Positions 1 to 8,293 of a stretch of DNA of 45,355 nucleotides are shown here, piece by piece. The position numbers and the translations under genes were made by a program. Numbering within the stretch: position 1 is the stretch's first letter; the number at the start of each line of letters is the position of its first letter. Source of the stretch: Rikenellaceae bacterium. Its GTDB lineage: Bacteria; Bacteroidota; Bacteroidia; Bacteroidales; Rikenellaceae. A model generated the notes under the pieces. That model saw only the letters and a list, made by a program, of their open reading frames with translations, made no database searches and was not told the DNA's origin. Where the stretch lies: NCBI GenBank assembly GCA_036653215.1, contig JAVVUK010000004.1:1-45355 (forward strand). The letters run 5' to 3'.

Positions 1-10
1 TTCCTAACCA

Positions 11-340
11 TTATTTTGTATTTCGGTAACCTAATTCTACTAAAATTGCACGTGTCTTATCACGAAAATCGCCTTGAATGAGTATCTCTCCGTCTTTTGC
101 CGATCCGCCCACGCCACAACGTGTCTTGAGAAGCTTACCGAGATCTTTGAGATCGCTTTCCGTGCCTATAAAACCCGTTACCAGCGTCACTTGCTTGCCA
201 CGACGTTGCTTCTTGTCGAGCGTCACACGTAACACCTGTTTTGTAGGCTCAAGAGTCGATTGTTCTTCTTGGGTTCCATTTTGATATTCAAATGTGTTAC
301 TTGTAGAATAAACAATATTCAATCTATCTTTCCAATCCAA
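11..340 (-). CDS. translation initiation factor SUI1/YciH family
   Basis: 109-aa ORF. The central and C-terminal segment (RRGKQVTLVTGF...RCGVGGSAKDGEILIQGDFRDK) is typical of bacterial SUI1/eIF1-like YciH proteins. Confidence 0.85.
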   Translation of the reverse strand: MDWKDRLNIVYSTSNTFEYQNGTQEEQSTLEPTKQVLRVTLDKKQRRGKQVTLVTGFIGTESDLKDLGKLLKTRCGVGGSAKDGEILIQGDFRDKTRAILVELGYRNTK

Positions 341-361
341 TGTAATTTATTTAAAATTTTC

Positions 362-369
362 TAACTTTG
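362..369 (+). promoter_or_regulatory. putative Bacteroidota sigma-A -7 box (TAACTTTG) for pepC
   Basis: Matches the TAnnTTTG consensus, about 35 nt upstream of the ATG at 404. Motif match only. Confidence 0.45.
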
Positions 370-377
370 CAAAGATA
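370..377 (-). promoter_or_regulatory. putative -7 box (TATCTTTG on minus strand) for the SUI1 gene
   Basis: Plus-strand caaagata is TATCTTTG on the minus strand, about 30 nt upstream of the start at 340. It abuts the pepC box back to back. Confidence 0.4.
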
Positions 378-403
378 GAAAATAAACCTAAAATTATATA
401 AAA

Positions 404-1798
404 ATGAAGCGAATACTTATCGTTGCCTTATGCCTAATCCCTTTCGGAGCATTAGCACAGAAAAAAGCAGACAACGGAGCAATAACCTCGAAAGAGCTGA
501 TGTCAATAAAAGAGTCTATGAACAAAGATGATGCTACAACAGCTCTTGGAAATGTGATCTCTAACAATAACAACCTAAAGTCGTTATCCCTAAATCGTGA
601 TATGCAGGGAGATTTAGATCACTTTTTCAAATATAGTGTCGATGTGAAAGGAATAACAAACCAACATAGCTCTGGTCGTTGTTGGATGTTCGCCTCCATG
701 AACGCCATGCGTCCTGCCGTGATGCAACGCTATAACCTTGAAGGGTTCGACTTTTCTCATAACTACAATTACTTTTGGGATATGTTTGAGAAGTCAAATA
801 GCTTCTTAGAATCCATAATAGCAACAGCCTCTTTGCCGATGGATAATCGTGAGGTGACTCAATATTTTGTAAATGTAGTAGACGACGGTGGCGTGTGGAA
901 TAACTTCTATAATGTGGCTCAGAAATACGGAGTGGTGCCACAAAGTGTGATGCCCGAAACGGCACATTCCGACAACACCTCACAGCTTGATGCCCGTCTC
1001 GACGAGCGTCTGCGTAAAGGCGGATACGACTTACGTCAACTTTATGCCTCTGGTGTTAAAATAGAGGATTTGCGTAAAGCAAAACTGACAATTATGAATG
1101 ATATATACCGCATCCTTGCCCTATCTTTAGGCAATCCTCCTACTACTTTTTCATGGAGATATAAAACTAAAGATGGAGAGGTGAAAGAACTTGTTGAATA
1201 TACCCCTTTGAAGTTCTACAACGAGATAAAACCGACTAACTATAACCCTGAAAATTATATCATGATAATGAACGACCCTACACGTGACTACTACAAACTT
1301 TATGACATAAAAGGTTATCGTAACATGGTGGAGGGGCATGACTGGCTATATCTAAATCTTCCTAACGATGTGATAAAAGCTGCGGCTTTGGCTTCGATAA
1401 AAGATGGAGAGGCCATGTATTCATCTTGTGATGTGGGCAAACAAGCAAACTACAACAGTGGAATTAACGCAATAGAGATGTACGACTTCAACAAGCTTTT
1501 TGGTGTCGATTTTAATATGGACAAAAAGGCTCGTATCCTTACTCGTCAAAGTGGCTCGGCACACGCCATGCTCCTTATGGCTTGCGACACAGATGACAAT
1601 GATAAACCTATAAAATGGGAGTTCGAGAATAGCTGGGGTGCTGATAGCGGAAACAACGGATACCTCACATTTACAGATCGTTGGTTCGATGAATATATGT
1701 TTAGAATAGTGATAAACAAGAAGTATCTTGATATTAAATCTGTCGAGGCTCTGAAGGGGGATGTTGTTATGTTACCCCCATGGGACTATATGTTCTAA
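404..1798 (+). CDS. pepC: aminopeptidase C / bleomycin-hydrolase-type cysteine peptidase (C1B family), secreted
   Basis: 464 aa. N-terminal signal peptide (MKRILIVALCLIPFGALAQ). Catalytic-Cys motif QHSSGRCWMFAS and C-terminal SAHAMLL...ENSWG motifs are typical of peptidase C1B. Confidence 0.9.
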   Translation: MKRILIVALCLIPFGALAQKKADNGAITSKELMSIKESMNKDDATTALGNVISNNNNLKSLSLNRDMQGDLDHFFKYSVDVKGITNQHSSGRCWMFASMNAMRPAVMQRYNLEGFDFSHNYNYFWDMFEKSNSFLESIIATASLPMDNREVTQYFVNVVDDGGVWNNFYNVAQKYGVVPQSVMPETAHSDNTSQLDARLDERLRKGGYDLRQLYASGVKIEDLRKAKLTIMNDIYRILALSLGNPPTTFSWRYKTKDGEVKELVEYTPLKFYNEIKPTNYNPENYIMIMNDPTRDYYKLYDIKGYRNMVEGHDWLYLNLPNDVIKAAALASIKDGEAMYSSCDVGKQANYNSGINAIEMYDFNKLFGVDFNMDKKARILTRQSGSAHAMLLMACDTDDNDKPIKWEFENSWGADSGNNGYLTFTDRWFDEYMFRIVINKKYLDIKSVEALKGDVVMLPPWDYMF

Positions 1799-1811
1799 AA
1801 AGCTTGAAATA

Positions 1812-2160
1812 GTGCTAACTGCTGCGTTACGCAATAATGATTTTTCGATCACGTACTATTCGTACGCTCACTAAAAATAATTATTCCAAGCCTTGCATTT
1901 AACACTATTTGAAGCTTTTACGACACTTTAAAAAGTGTGGGTGCTAACTGCTGCGTTACGCAATAATGATTTTTCGATCACGTACTGTCTGTACGCTCAC
2001 TAAAAATAATTATTCCAAGCCTTGCATTTAACACTATTTGAAGCTTTTACGACACTTTAAAAAGTGTGGGTGCTAACTGCTGCGTTACGCAATAATGATT
2101 TTTCGATCACGTACTATTGTACGCTCACTAAAAAAGCTGTACGCTCACTAAAAATAATTA
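1812..2160. repeat. 129-bp tandem repeat, two full units plus a rearranged partial third
   Basis: Units at 1812-1940 and 1941-2069 differ at only 3 positions (cgtacTATTCgtacg vs cgtacTGTCTgtacg). The third copy (2070 to about 2160) is truncated and carries an internal duplication of gtacgctcactaaaaa. Each unit contains a roughly 95-nt imperfect palindrome. Confidence 0.95.
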
Positions 2161-2165
2161 CAAAA

Positions 2166-2200
2166 GATAGGAGAAAGATGCTTAGCGTCTTTCTCCTATC
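2166..2200. terminator. hairpin terminator between convergent pepC/repeat region and the CDGSH gene
   Basis: Perfect 13-bp stem gataggagaaaga / tctttctcctatc with a 9-nt loop. It lies 3 nt beyond the stop of the minus-strand CDS that ends at 2204. Confidence 0.6.
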
Positions 2201-2203
2201 TCG

Positions 2204-2932
2204 TTAATATAGATGGTCTTCAAAGCGGATGGTGGCGTGTGTGCCGTCGCAAAATGGCTTGTTTGCCGACTGACCACAACGACATAATGTTATGCGATTG
2301 CGAATTTCATATTCTTCACCATCTTCCTTAGCAATGGGGATGCCTCCACGCACCCACAGAGGACCACTAACGCCAATAGAAGGGTCTTCGATGAGAGCAA
2401 GAGAGGGCTCAAGAGAGGGTTCCTGAGGCTCTTTAAGGCTTTTATCCCATGCGGAGAGCCTTCCCGAAGGACACGTATTAGCTTCTCTAATGGCAATGTC
2501 ACAAGAGTTTTCGTCTTCGTTTTCCACTAAGTTCCATGTGCGACCCTCTGCATCGCAAAAGCGTGAGAAGGCGCAATAACTCTCGTTGTCGCTTAATGAG
2601 ATGATAGCTCCTTCAATAAATTCAGCATCTTCAAGCAGAGGCTTGTTGGGTGCTGTAAGTTCGGGCGACCATTCTGTTTTTATGTGAGACCCGTCACAAT
2701 AAGGCTTTTTCTTAGAGGCTCCGCACCTACATAGTGCAGTAGGTTGGTGCTCGGTATTAAAAGTTGCCCCCTCTTTAAAATTCCAACATTCTCCCTCTTT
2801 GTTAGTCTCGATAGATTGTATTGAGAGTTTGGGTGATCCGAAAATGAGATATGGACCATCATGCGAGATTGTAATGTGAAATTTTTCGGGTGCACGAAAG
2901 CTACCCTCTTGAATAGATGTTTTCTTTGTCAT
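2204..2932 (-). CDS. CDGSH iron-sulfur domain protein (two CDGSH motifs plus a central Cys-rich segment)
   Basis: Two complete CDGSH signatures (CRCGASKKKPYCDGSH and CRCGQSANKPFCDGTH) flank a segment with four further Cys (CAFSRFC...SCDIAIREANTCPSG). The start is set at MTKKTS (2932). The longest ORF starts at 2977 and would overlap queG by 17 nt. Confidence 0.85.
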   Translation of the reverse strand: MTKKTSIQEGSFRAPEKFHITISHDGPYLIFGSPKLSIQSIETNKEGECWNFKEGATFNTEHQPTALCRCGASKKKPYCDGSHIKTEWSPELTAPNKPLLEDAEFIEGAIISLSDNESYCAFSRFCDAEGRTWNLVENEDENSCDIAIREANTCPSGRLSAWDKSLKEPQEPSLEPSLALIEDPSIGVSGPLWVRGGIPIAKEDGEEYEIRNRITLCRCGQSANKPFCDGTHATIRFEDHLY

Positions 2933-2960
2933 AATGGTAAGTGTCTGTTTAAAAATAGTG

Positions 2961-3893
2961 TTATGACTTATTCTCAACTATTATGCAAATGTTACGTTCT
3001 ATGTTTTTTTTACCGCTATGGAAGAGTGGTGTTTCTCCAAATAGTCGTTTAAAAGCACTGTTGCTAATGTCTTTTATCTTTAGCAACTCTTCCCTTGTGT
3101 ATGGTGGAGGCGTGGGATTTGCCCTTTCATGTTTCTTCTCGGCGGCAATGCTCCATGGACATACTTCGGTACAACAGTCGCATCCATACATCCATTCGGA
3201 AGATTTTATAAGATCTAAAGCCTCTCCTTCAAAATCGCCCCTATGTTCAACGGTGAGGTAAGAGAGGCAACGACGAGAGTCGACTGTTTTATTTTCTGTT
3301 AATGCCTTTGTGGGACAACTATCTAAGCAGTTGCTACATTTGCCACATCCGTTAAAGGCAGATGGAGAGTCATAGCTGTCGCATTCCTGATCTATAAGAA
3401 TTACACCTAAAGTTAAGAAACCCCCATATTCACGATTTATCAACATCCCACTTTTGCCGATCCATCCGAGTCCTGCTTTTACAGCCCAATATCTCTCGGC
3501 AATAGGTGTCGAGTCGACACAACATCTGCTATGAACGCCAAATTCTTCTTCCATAGATGTTGCCATTTTCTCCATATCGCAACGCATGGTAATATGGTAA
3601 TCTCTATTTTGGGCATAGCGAGCTACACGTGGTGGCGTGGGGTCGTAAATTTTATTATTATAATATTTTGCTACTACGATTAATGTTTTTGCGCCCTCAA
3701 AAAGCAAAGATGGGTCTTGACGTATGTCGTTGTTTCTCTCTATCCACGCCATTTTTGCATGAAAGCCTTTTCCTATCCACGCCCCTATATTTTCCTTAAA
3801 ATTATCAATAGAAACACAGGGTGTGATGCCACAAAGCTCAAACCCATTGTTTATTGCAAGATTTTTGATATATTTGTACATCATACCCAACAA
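2961..3893 (-). CDS. queG: tRNA epoxyqueuosine(34) reductase
   Basis: 310 aa. Motifs CVDSTPIAERYWAVKAGLGWIGKSGMLI and ferredoxin-type CGKCSNCLDSCP, plus a second Cys cluster (CDCCTEVCP), are typical of QueG. Alternative starts lie at 3884 and 3881. Confidence 0.85.
   Translation of the reverse strand: MLGMMYKYIKNLAINNGFELCGITPCVSIDNFKENIGAWIGKGFHAKMAWIERNNDIRQDPSLLFEGAKTLIVVAKYYNNKIYDPTPPRVARYAQNRDYHITMRCDMEKMATSMEEEFGVHSRCCVDSTPIAERYWAVKAGLGWIGKSGMLINREYGGFLTLGVILIDQECDSYDSPSAFNGCGKCSNCLDSCPTKALTENKTVDSRRCLSYLTVEHRGDFEGEALDLIKSSEWMYGCDCCTEVCPWSIAAEKKHERANPTPPPYTREELLKIKDISNSAFKRLFGETPLFHSGKKNIERNICIIVENKS
3869..3876 (+). promoter_or_regulatory. putative -7 box (TATATTTG) for the 3903 gene, embedded in the queG 5' coding region
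   Basis: TAnnTTTG match 27 nt upstream of the ATG at 3903. The divergent start codons are only 9 nt apart, so this promoter must lie inside the neighbouring CDS. Confidence 0.4.
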
Positions 3894-3902
3894 AGATAAT
3901 CA

Positions 3903-4949
3903 ATGTCAGACGATTCACAAAGGAAACACTTATCCAAAATAAAACTATCCAACATAACATACCCTATCTTAATTGGTTTAGGGGTTGTCGGTTATATGGT
4001 ATATCAAGATTTCGATAGGGAAGCCCTCTCTGTGCTTACCTTTAGCTTTCACACAGTAGTATGGATCATTATAGCTCTTCTCTTCATGGTAGGTAGAGAT
4101 GTGGGTTACATAATACGTATTAAGATATTATCGGGTCGTGAGATGTCGTGGTATGAGGCGTTTCGAGTAATTATGTTATGGGAATTTACATCTGCAATTA
4201 CGCCGTCTGCTGTTGGGGGAACAAGTTTCGCAATAATATATGTCCATAAGGCAGGGATAAGTGTTGGACGAAGTTCGGCAATAGTGTTGCTAACTTCATT
4301 TTTCGATGAGTTATTTTTTATAGTCATGTTTCCTCTGCTTGTCATTATTGTCGGAGGAGAAGCCCTTTTTAGTGCTCAAGGTGTGGATGGTGGCTTTTTT
4401 GGTGGTGTTTTAGCCTTAGTGCTTACAGGGTACTTCTTAAAATTAACATATCTTCTTTTTGTGACATATGGTCTGTTTTTTAATCCTAAAGGGTTAAAGT
4501 GGCTGATGATTAAGATCTTTAGTTTTAAGCCTCTAAGACGTTGGCGTGAGGCGGCAGCACGTGCAGGGGACGATCTTATAGTCAGTGCTATCGAAATACG
4601 AAAACACCGTTGGGGCTATTGGGTGAAGCTCCTTGCTGCGACATTCGTGTCGTGGAGCTCTCGTTATTTAGTCGTTAACGCACTCATCATGGCGTTTATC
4701 CCCTTCAACAATCACGTTTTGCTTTTTGCTCGACAACTTGTCATGTGGGTCATGATGCTTGTAATGCCAACGCCGGGAGGTAGTGGCTTTTCTGAATATT
4801 TCTTTGCCGAATATTTAGGTGACTTTATCCCTATTGCTGGGCTTGCCATTTTGCTATCTCTATTTTGGCGTATGATAACATATTATCTTTATCTTTTCAT
4901 CGGGATATTTGTGTTTCCGAGATGGTTAAAAGAGAAATTTGGGAAATAG
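3903..4949 (+). CDS. UPF0104 / lysylphosphatidylglycerol-synthase-TM-region (flippase-like) membrane protein
   Basis: 348 aa, about 8 hydrophobic helices. The C-terminal PTPGGSGFSEYFF motif is characteristic of the LPG_synthase_TM family. No aminoacyl-transferase domain is present. Confidence 0.7.
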   Translation: MSDDSQRKHLSKIKLSNITYPILIGLGVVGYMVYQDFDREALSVLTFSFHTVVWIIIALLFMVGRDVGYIIRIKILSGREMSWYEAFRVIMLWEFTSAITPSAVGGTSFAIIYVHKAGISVGRSSAIVLLTSFFDELFFIVMFPLLVIIVGGEALFSAQGVDGGFFGGVLALVLTGYFLKLTYLLFVTYGLFFNPKGLKWLMIKIFSFKPLRRWREAAARAGDDLIVSAIEIRKHRWGYWVKLLAATFVSWSSRYLVVNALIMAFIPFNNHVLLFARQLVMWVMMLVMPTPGGSGFSEYFFAEYLGDFIPIAGLAILLSLFWRMITYYLYLFIGIFVFPRWLKEKFGK

Positions 4950-4980
4950 AAAAATTAATATTTTTCATTACCTTTGTAGA

Positions 4981-6057
4981 ATGAAGTTTTTTAATTTTAT
5001 ATTAAAAATAGTGACATCAGTATCCCTGGTGCTATTTTTTATTATAACTATAAATCAATTTATAAACCCCAATTTCTTTGGGCTTTTTGCTGTTGTGTCT
5101 TTAGGTGCTCCTATCATCATTATCGTAAACATAATACTTCTTGCTTACTGGATCATAGTGTGGGATAAAATGGCTATATTATTGGCTGTGTGTTTCATCC
5201 TATTTAGTGGGCAGGTATCACGTCATCTTCAGATAAAGATAAAAAAAGATAAACCTTATGAGAAGTGCGATCTTCGTGTTATGACTTATAACGTCGGAGT
5301 CTTTAATTTATGGGCTAATACTAAAAAAAATAGTGCTGACTCTATTCTCACTTTTATAAATAAACAAAATCCCGATATTCTATGTATGCAGGAGTTCCGC
5401 ACCACATCAAAGCGTGATTTGAACTACATAAGTGATGCTCTTATAAAAATGCCATATCGATATGTGAGTTATCTTAGTGTCACAAACCGCAACAGCCGCA
5501 ATCATGGCAGTGGATTGGCTATTTATAGTAAATATAGGCTTATTCACGGACATAGAGTGAAATTTAAAAATAGCACCAATGGACTTATATATGCCGATAT
5601 GGTAAGAGGTAGAGACACCTTACGTATCATAAACATACACCTTCAGCTCTCTTCTGTTAAGACGCACGAGGTATATGAACTTGATGGTAGTGAGGATAAG
5701 GAACTTGCAAAAAGCATAATCCGTAAGTTGATTAACAACAACTCCAAACGTGCAGATCAAGCAAAAGAGGTTGCTGAGCTTATCGCCAATTCCCCATATA
5801 AAGTTCTGTTATGTGGTGACTTTAACGACACACCGGCCTCATATACATATCACAAAATAAAAAAAGGATTTAAAGATGCTTTTGTGCTTAAGGGAGAGGG
5901 CTTAGGGTATACATATAACACCATGTTCCACGTGCTACGTATAGACAATATCTTTGTAGACGACGACTATTACGATATTTTAAGTTATAATTCTCCGGCA
6001 CTTCCTTTTTCCGATCACAACCCTATTATTGTCGACTTAAACAAAGTAGAAGAATAA
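4981..6057 (+). CDS. membrane-anchored endonuclease/exonuclease/phosphatase (EEP) family protein
   Basis: N-terminal TM helices followed by EEP motifs (VMTYNV, LCMQEF, LLCGDFNDTP, FSDHNPI). The start is set at MKFFNF (4981). A TACCTTTG box at 4969-4976 lies only 4 nt before this ATG, so the mRNA may be near-leaderless. The ORF-track start is 4939. Confidence 0.75.
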   Translation: MKFFNFILKIVTSVSLVLFFIITINQFINPNFFGLFAVVSLGAPIIIIVNIILLAYWIIVWDKMAILLAVCFILFSGQVSRHLQIKIKKDKPYEKCDLRVMTYNVGVFNLWANTKKNSADSILTFINKQNPDILCMQEFRTTSKRDLNYISDALIKMPYRYVSYLSVTNRNSRNHGSGLAIYSKYRLIHGHRVKFKNSTNGLIYADMVRGRDTLRIINIHLQLSSVKTHEVYELDGSEDKELAKSIIRKLINNNSKRADQAKEVAELIANSPYKVLLCGDFNDTPASYTYHKIKKGFKDAFVLKGEGLGYTYNTMFHVLRIDNIFVDDDYYDILSYNSPALPFSDHNPIIVDLNKVEE

Positions 6058-6097
6058 AAAAAGGCTTAGCAAAACTATGGTTTTGCTAAGCCTTTTT
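6058..6097. terminator. bidirectional rho-independent terminator
   Basis: Perfect 18-bp stem aaaaaggcttagcaaaac / gttttgctaagccttttt with loop tatg. A/T runs on both sides. It sits between the convergent EEP gene and ribE. Confidence 0.8.
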
Positions 6098-6111
6098 TTA
6101 TGCCTCTGAAT

Positions 6112-6696
6112 TTAGATATAGCGTTGCATAAGTTTGGTTATGTATTTGCCTATGATGTCAAATTCTATGTTGATGATGCTTCCTCTTTTTATATTATGGA
6201 AATTTGTGTTTTCGTAAGTGTAAGGGATTATCGCTACTTGGAAAGCATTTTCCATTGAGTTGCAGACGGTAAGGCTTACTCCGTTTACGCTAATAGAGCC
6301 TTTCTCAACAGTGATGTCGTCTCCTCCGTATTCAAAAGTGTAATACCAACTGCCTTCAGCCTCTTCAACGGCAGTACATTTGGCTGTCGTGTCGACGTGT
6401 CCTTGTACTATATGTCCGTCAAGTAATGCGTCTGGACGCATACTCCTTTCTACATTTACCTCATCACCTATGGCAAGAAGCCCAAGGTTGCTCCTAAGCA
6501 AAGTCTCTTGAATTGCAGTAACGGTATATCTGTTGCCATCGATATTTACCACCGTTAAACACACTCCATTGTGAGATATGCTTTGGTCTATCTTTAGTTC
6601 GTTTGTGAAGGGGCACTCCATTGTTATATGCAGATTTTCCTTCTCCTTTTTTAGATCTACCACTTTAGCGGTAGCTTCAACAATTCCTGAAAACAT
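6112..6696 (-). CDS. ribE: riboflavin synthase (alpha chain)
   Basis: 194 aa. Canonical MFSGIVE N-terminus and two lumazine-binding repeats (SHNGVCLTV / SVNGVSLTV). Confidence 0.9.
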   Translation of the reverse strand: MFSGIVEATAKVVDLKKEKENLHITMECPFTNELKIDQSISHNGVCLTVVNIDGNRYTVTAIQETLLRSNLGLLAIGDEVNVERSMRPDALLDGHIVQGHVDTTAKCTAVEEAEGSWYYTFEYGGDDITVEKGSISVNGVSLTVCNSMENAFQVAIIPYTYENTNFHNIKRGSIINIEFDIIGKYITKLMQRYI

Positions 6697-6700
6697 GAGT

Positions 6701-8293
6701 TTAGATTTTTTTTGAATTTAATTTGTTTTTCATCTTTTGGGCTATTAGAAAAAGAAGCGTCAACACGAGAATTAACGTTGAGATGCGTCCTAACCAATCC
6801 CCATATATAGTATAAAAAGTCATTTTATCGTTTAGGTTTATCTTGTCTGTTATTGTCCCACGCACATCCCAACCCAACCTTTCTAAAACATCGCCTCGTT
6901 GGTTTATGAATGCTGATATGCCAGTGTTAGCACTTCGGGCTATGCTACGACGAGTCTCTATGGCACGGATACGTGCAAAGTTGAAATGTTGTTTATATCC
7001 GAATGTGTCTTTCCACCAACCGTCGTTTGTCACAATAAACATCACTTGGGCTCCCTCACGTACAAAACCCCCAAAATGCTCGCCATATATAGACTCAAAA
7101 CATATTGCAGGTCCTACTTTATTGCCTTTGTTTGAAAAAACTTCTCTTCTTTCTTGTGAGAGCAACCCTCCCACGCTGCCGCCAAGGTCGACGGTGAAGA
7201 ATGGTATATGTTTTAGGATGTTAGGATAAGGGATCATCTCAACACCAATCACGAGTTTCGATTTTATATATAAAGGGATGGTGTCAGCCTCACTTATGCA
7301 CACCGCTCCGTTTATCACATCGTAGTAGCCTTGAGGACTCTTTCGGGCACTTGCCGTAGGAGCTTCTGCTATGTTAAATGGATACATGCGATATGCAGTA
7401 ACCCCTGTTACAATAGAGGCTTGTGGATGTGTCGAGATGACTGATGTCTTAAGACGATTTAGTTCGGAGCTGCTTGTGAGATCGTCTTCTATGATGTTTC
7501 CCTCAACGGCAGTCTCTGGAGCTATTATAAAATCGACATCGTGAGGAGCTTCATTGGCAAGCGTTTCGATGATTGATAGCTGTTCATATTTTGTCATAGA
7601 ACCGAACTTCTCGGTATATGGGTCTATGTTAGGTTGAACGATGGTCACTTGTAGTGGACGTATCTCCTCTTTATAATTTATATATATCAAAAATGATATT
7701 ATAATAGGAATTACAATAACAGAGCCCGCCACGATGCCATATTTTTTGCTTCGTCTCTCTATCGCCTCAAAGATGAGGATGTTAGACAACAACATCCATA
7801 TCGTGCCACCGAGACTACCTGTATATTCATACCATTGTACAATCTTAGCATCTAAAGAAAATCCGTTTCCTAACATGATCCAAGGAAACGATATTTCACC
7901 GTTTAGATATAGATATTCTGCTGCTGTCCATGAAGAGATAAGCAGGACGTATGAGATTATAGGAGTGCTTTTTCGACTTGAGAGGCTAAAGAAGATAAGT
8001 GGGATGATAAAAAGGGTAACTCCAGCTACCGTTGCCGCTACAGGACCTATCCATGTTGCATTTGCAACCCATATTAAAGTTATGAGATGCCATGCTATGA
8101 GTATAAAGATGCTAAAGGCAATAAAAGCCCCATGCGTAGATCTTTTGTTGATCATAAGCAGAGGGACAAAGGCTATAAATAGAGTTAAAGAGGTTATCTC
8201 CACCCATGGCAGAGAGAGTAATGCTATCGAAAGTAGAGCAAGCAGCAGATTTTGTATATTGTAACCTCTATTTTTTAAGCCTTGACAACTCAT
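6701..8293 (-). CDS. lnt: apolipoprotein N-acyltransferase family (multi-TM + CN-hydrolase domain)
   Basis: 530 aa. Polytopic N-terminal half. The CN-hydrolase half has candidate Glu-Lys-Cys triad contexts (IIAPETA, KSKLVIGVE, AICFESIY) and a VQPNIDPYTEKF motif. It overlaps the upstream HAD gene by 26 nt. Confidence 0.8.
   Translation of the reverse strand: MSCQGLKNRGYNIQNLLLALLSIALLSLPWVEITSLTLFIAFVPLLMINKRSTHGAFIAFSIFILIAWHLITLIWVANATWIGPVAATVAGVTLFIIPLIFFSLSSRKSTPIISYVLLISSWTAAEYLYLNGEISFPWIMLGNGFSLDAKIVQWYEYTGSLGGTIWMLLSNILIFEAIERRSKKYGIVAGSVIVIPIIISFLIYINYKEEIRPLQVTIVQPNIDPYTEKFGSMTKYEQLSIIETLANEAPHDVDFIIAPETAVEGNIIEDDLTSSSELNRLKTSVISTHPQASIVTGVTAYRMYPFNIAEAPTASARKSPQGYYDVINGAVCISEADTIPLYIKSKLVIGVEMIPYPNILKHIPFFTVDLGGSVGGLLSQERREVFSNKGNKVGPAICFESIYGEHFGGFVREGAQVMFIVTNDGWWKDTFGYKQHFNFARIRAIETRRSIARSANTGISAFINQRGDVLERLGWDVRGTITDKINLNDKMTFYTIYGDWLGRISTLILVLTLLFLIAQKMKNKLNSKKI

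Noticed and set aside
1837-1902. Small repeated ORF inside the tandem repeat (MIFRSRTIRTLTKNNYSKPCI, with variants in copies 2 and 3)
   Set aside because: It is only 21 codons long. The differences between copies are non-synonymous or frame-altering (copy 3 reads differently after codon 8). There is no promoter or ribosome-binding evidence. It is more simply explained as non-coding hairpin sequence.
1799-2160. Possible CRISPR array, because of regularly spaced repeats in an intergenic region
   Set aside because: The whole 129-bp period is repeated almost identically, so there are no unique spacers. The unit is far longer than a CRISPR repeat-plus-spacer pattern would allow. No cas genes lie in the window.
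7734-8264. 176-aa plus-strand ORF
   Set aside because: It lies entirely antisense within the well-supported lnt CDS and has no recognisable motifs.
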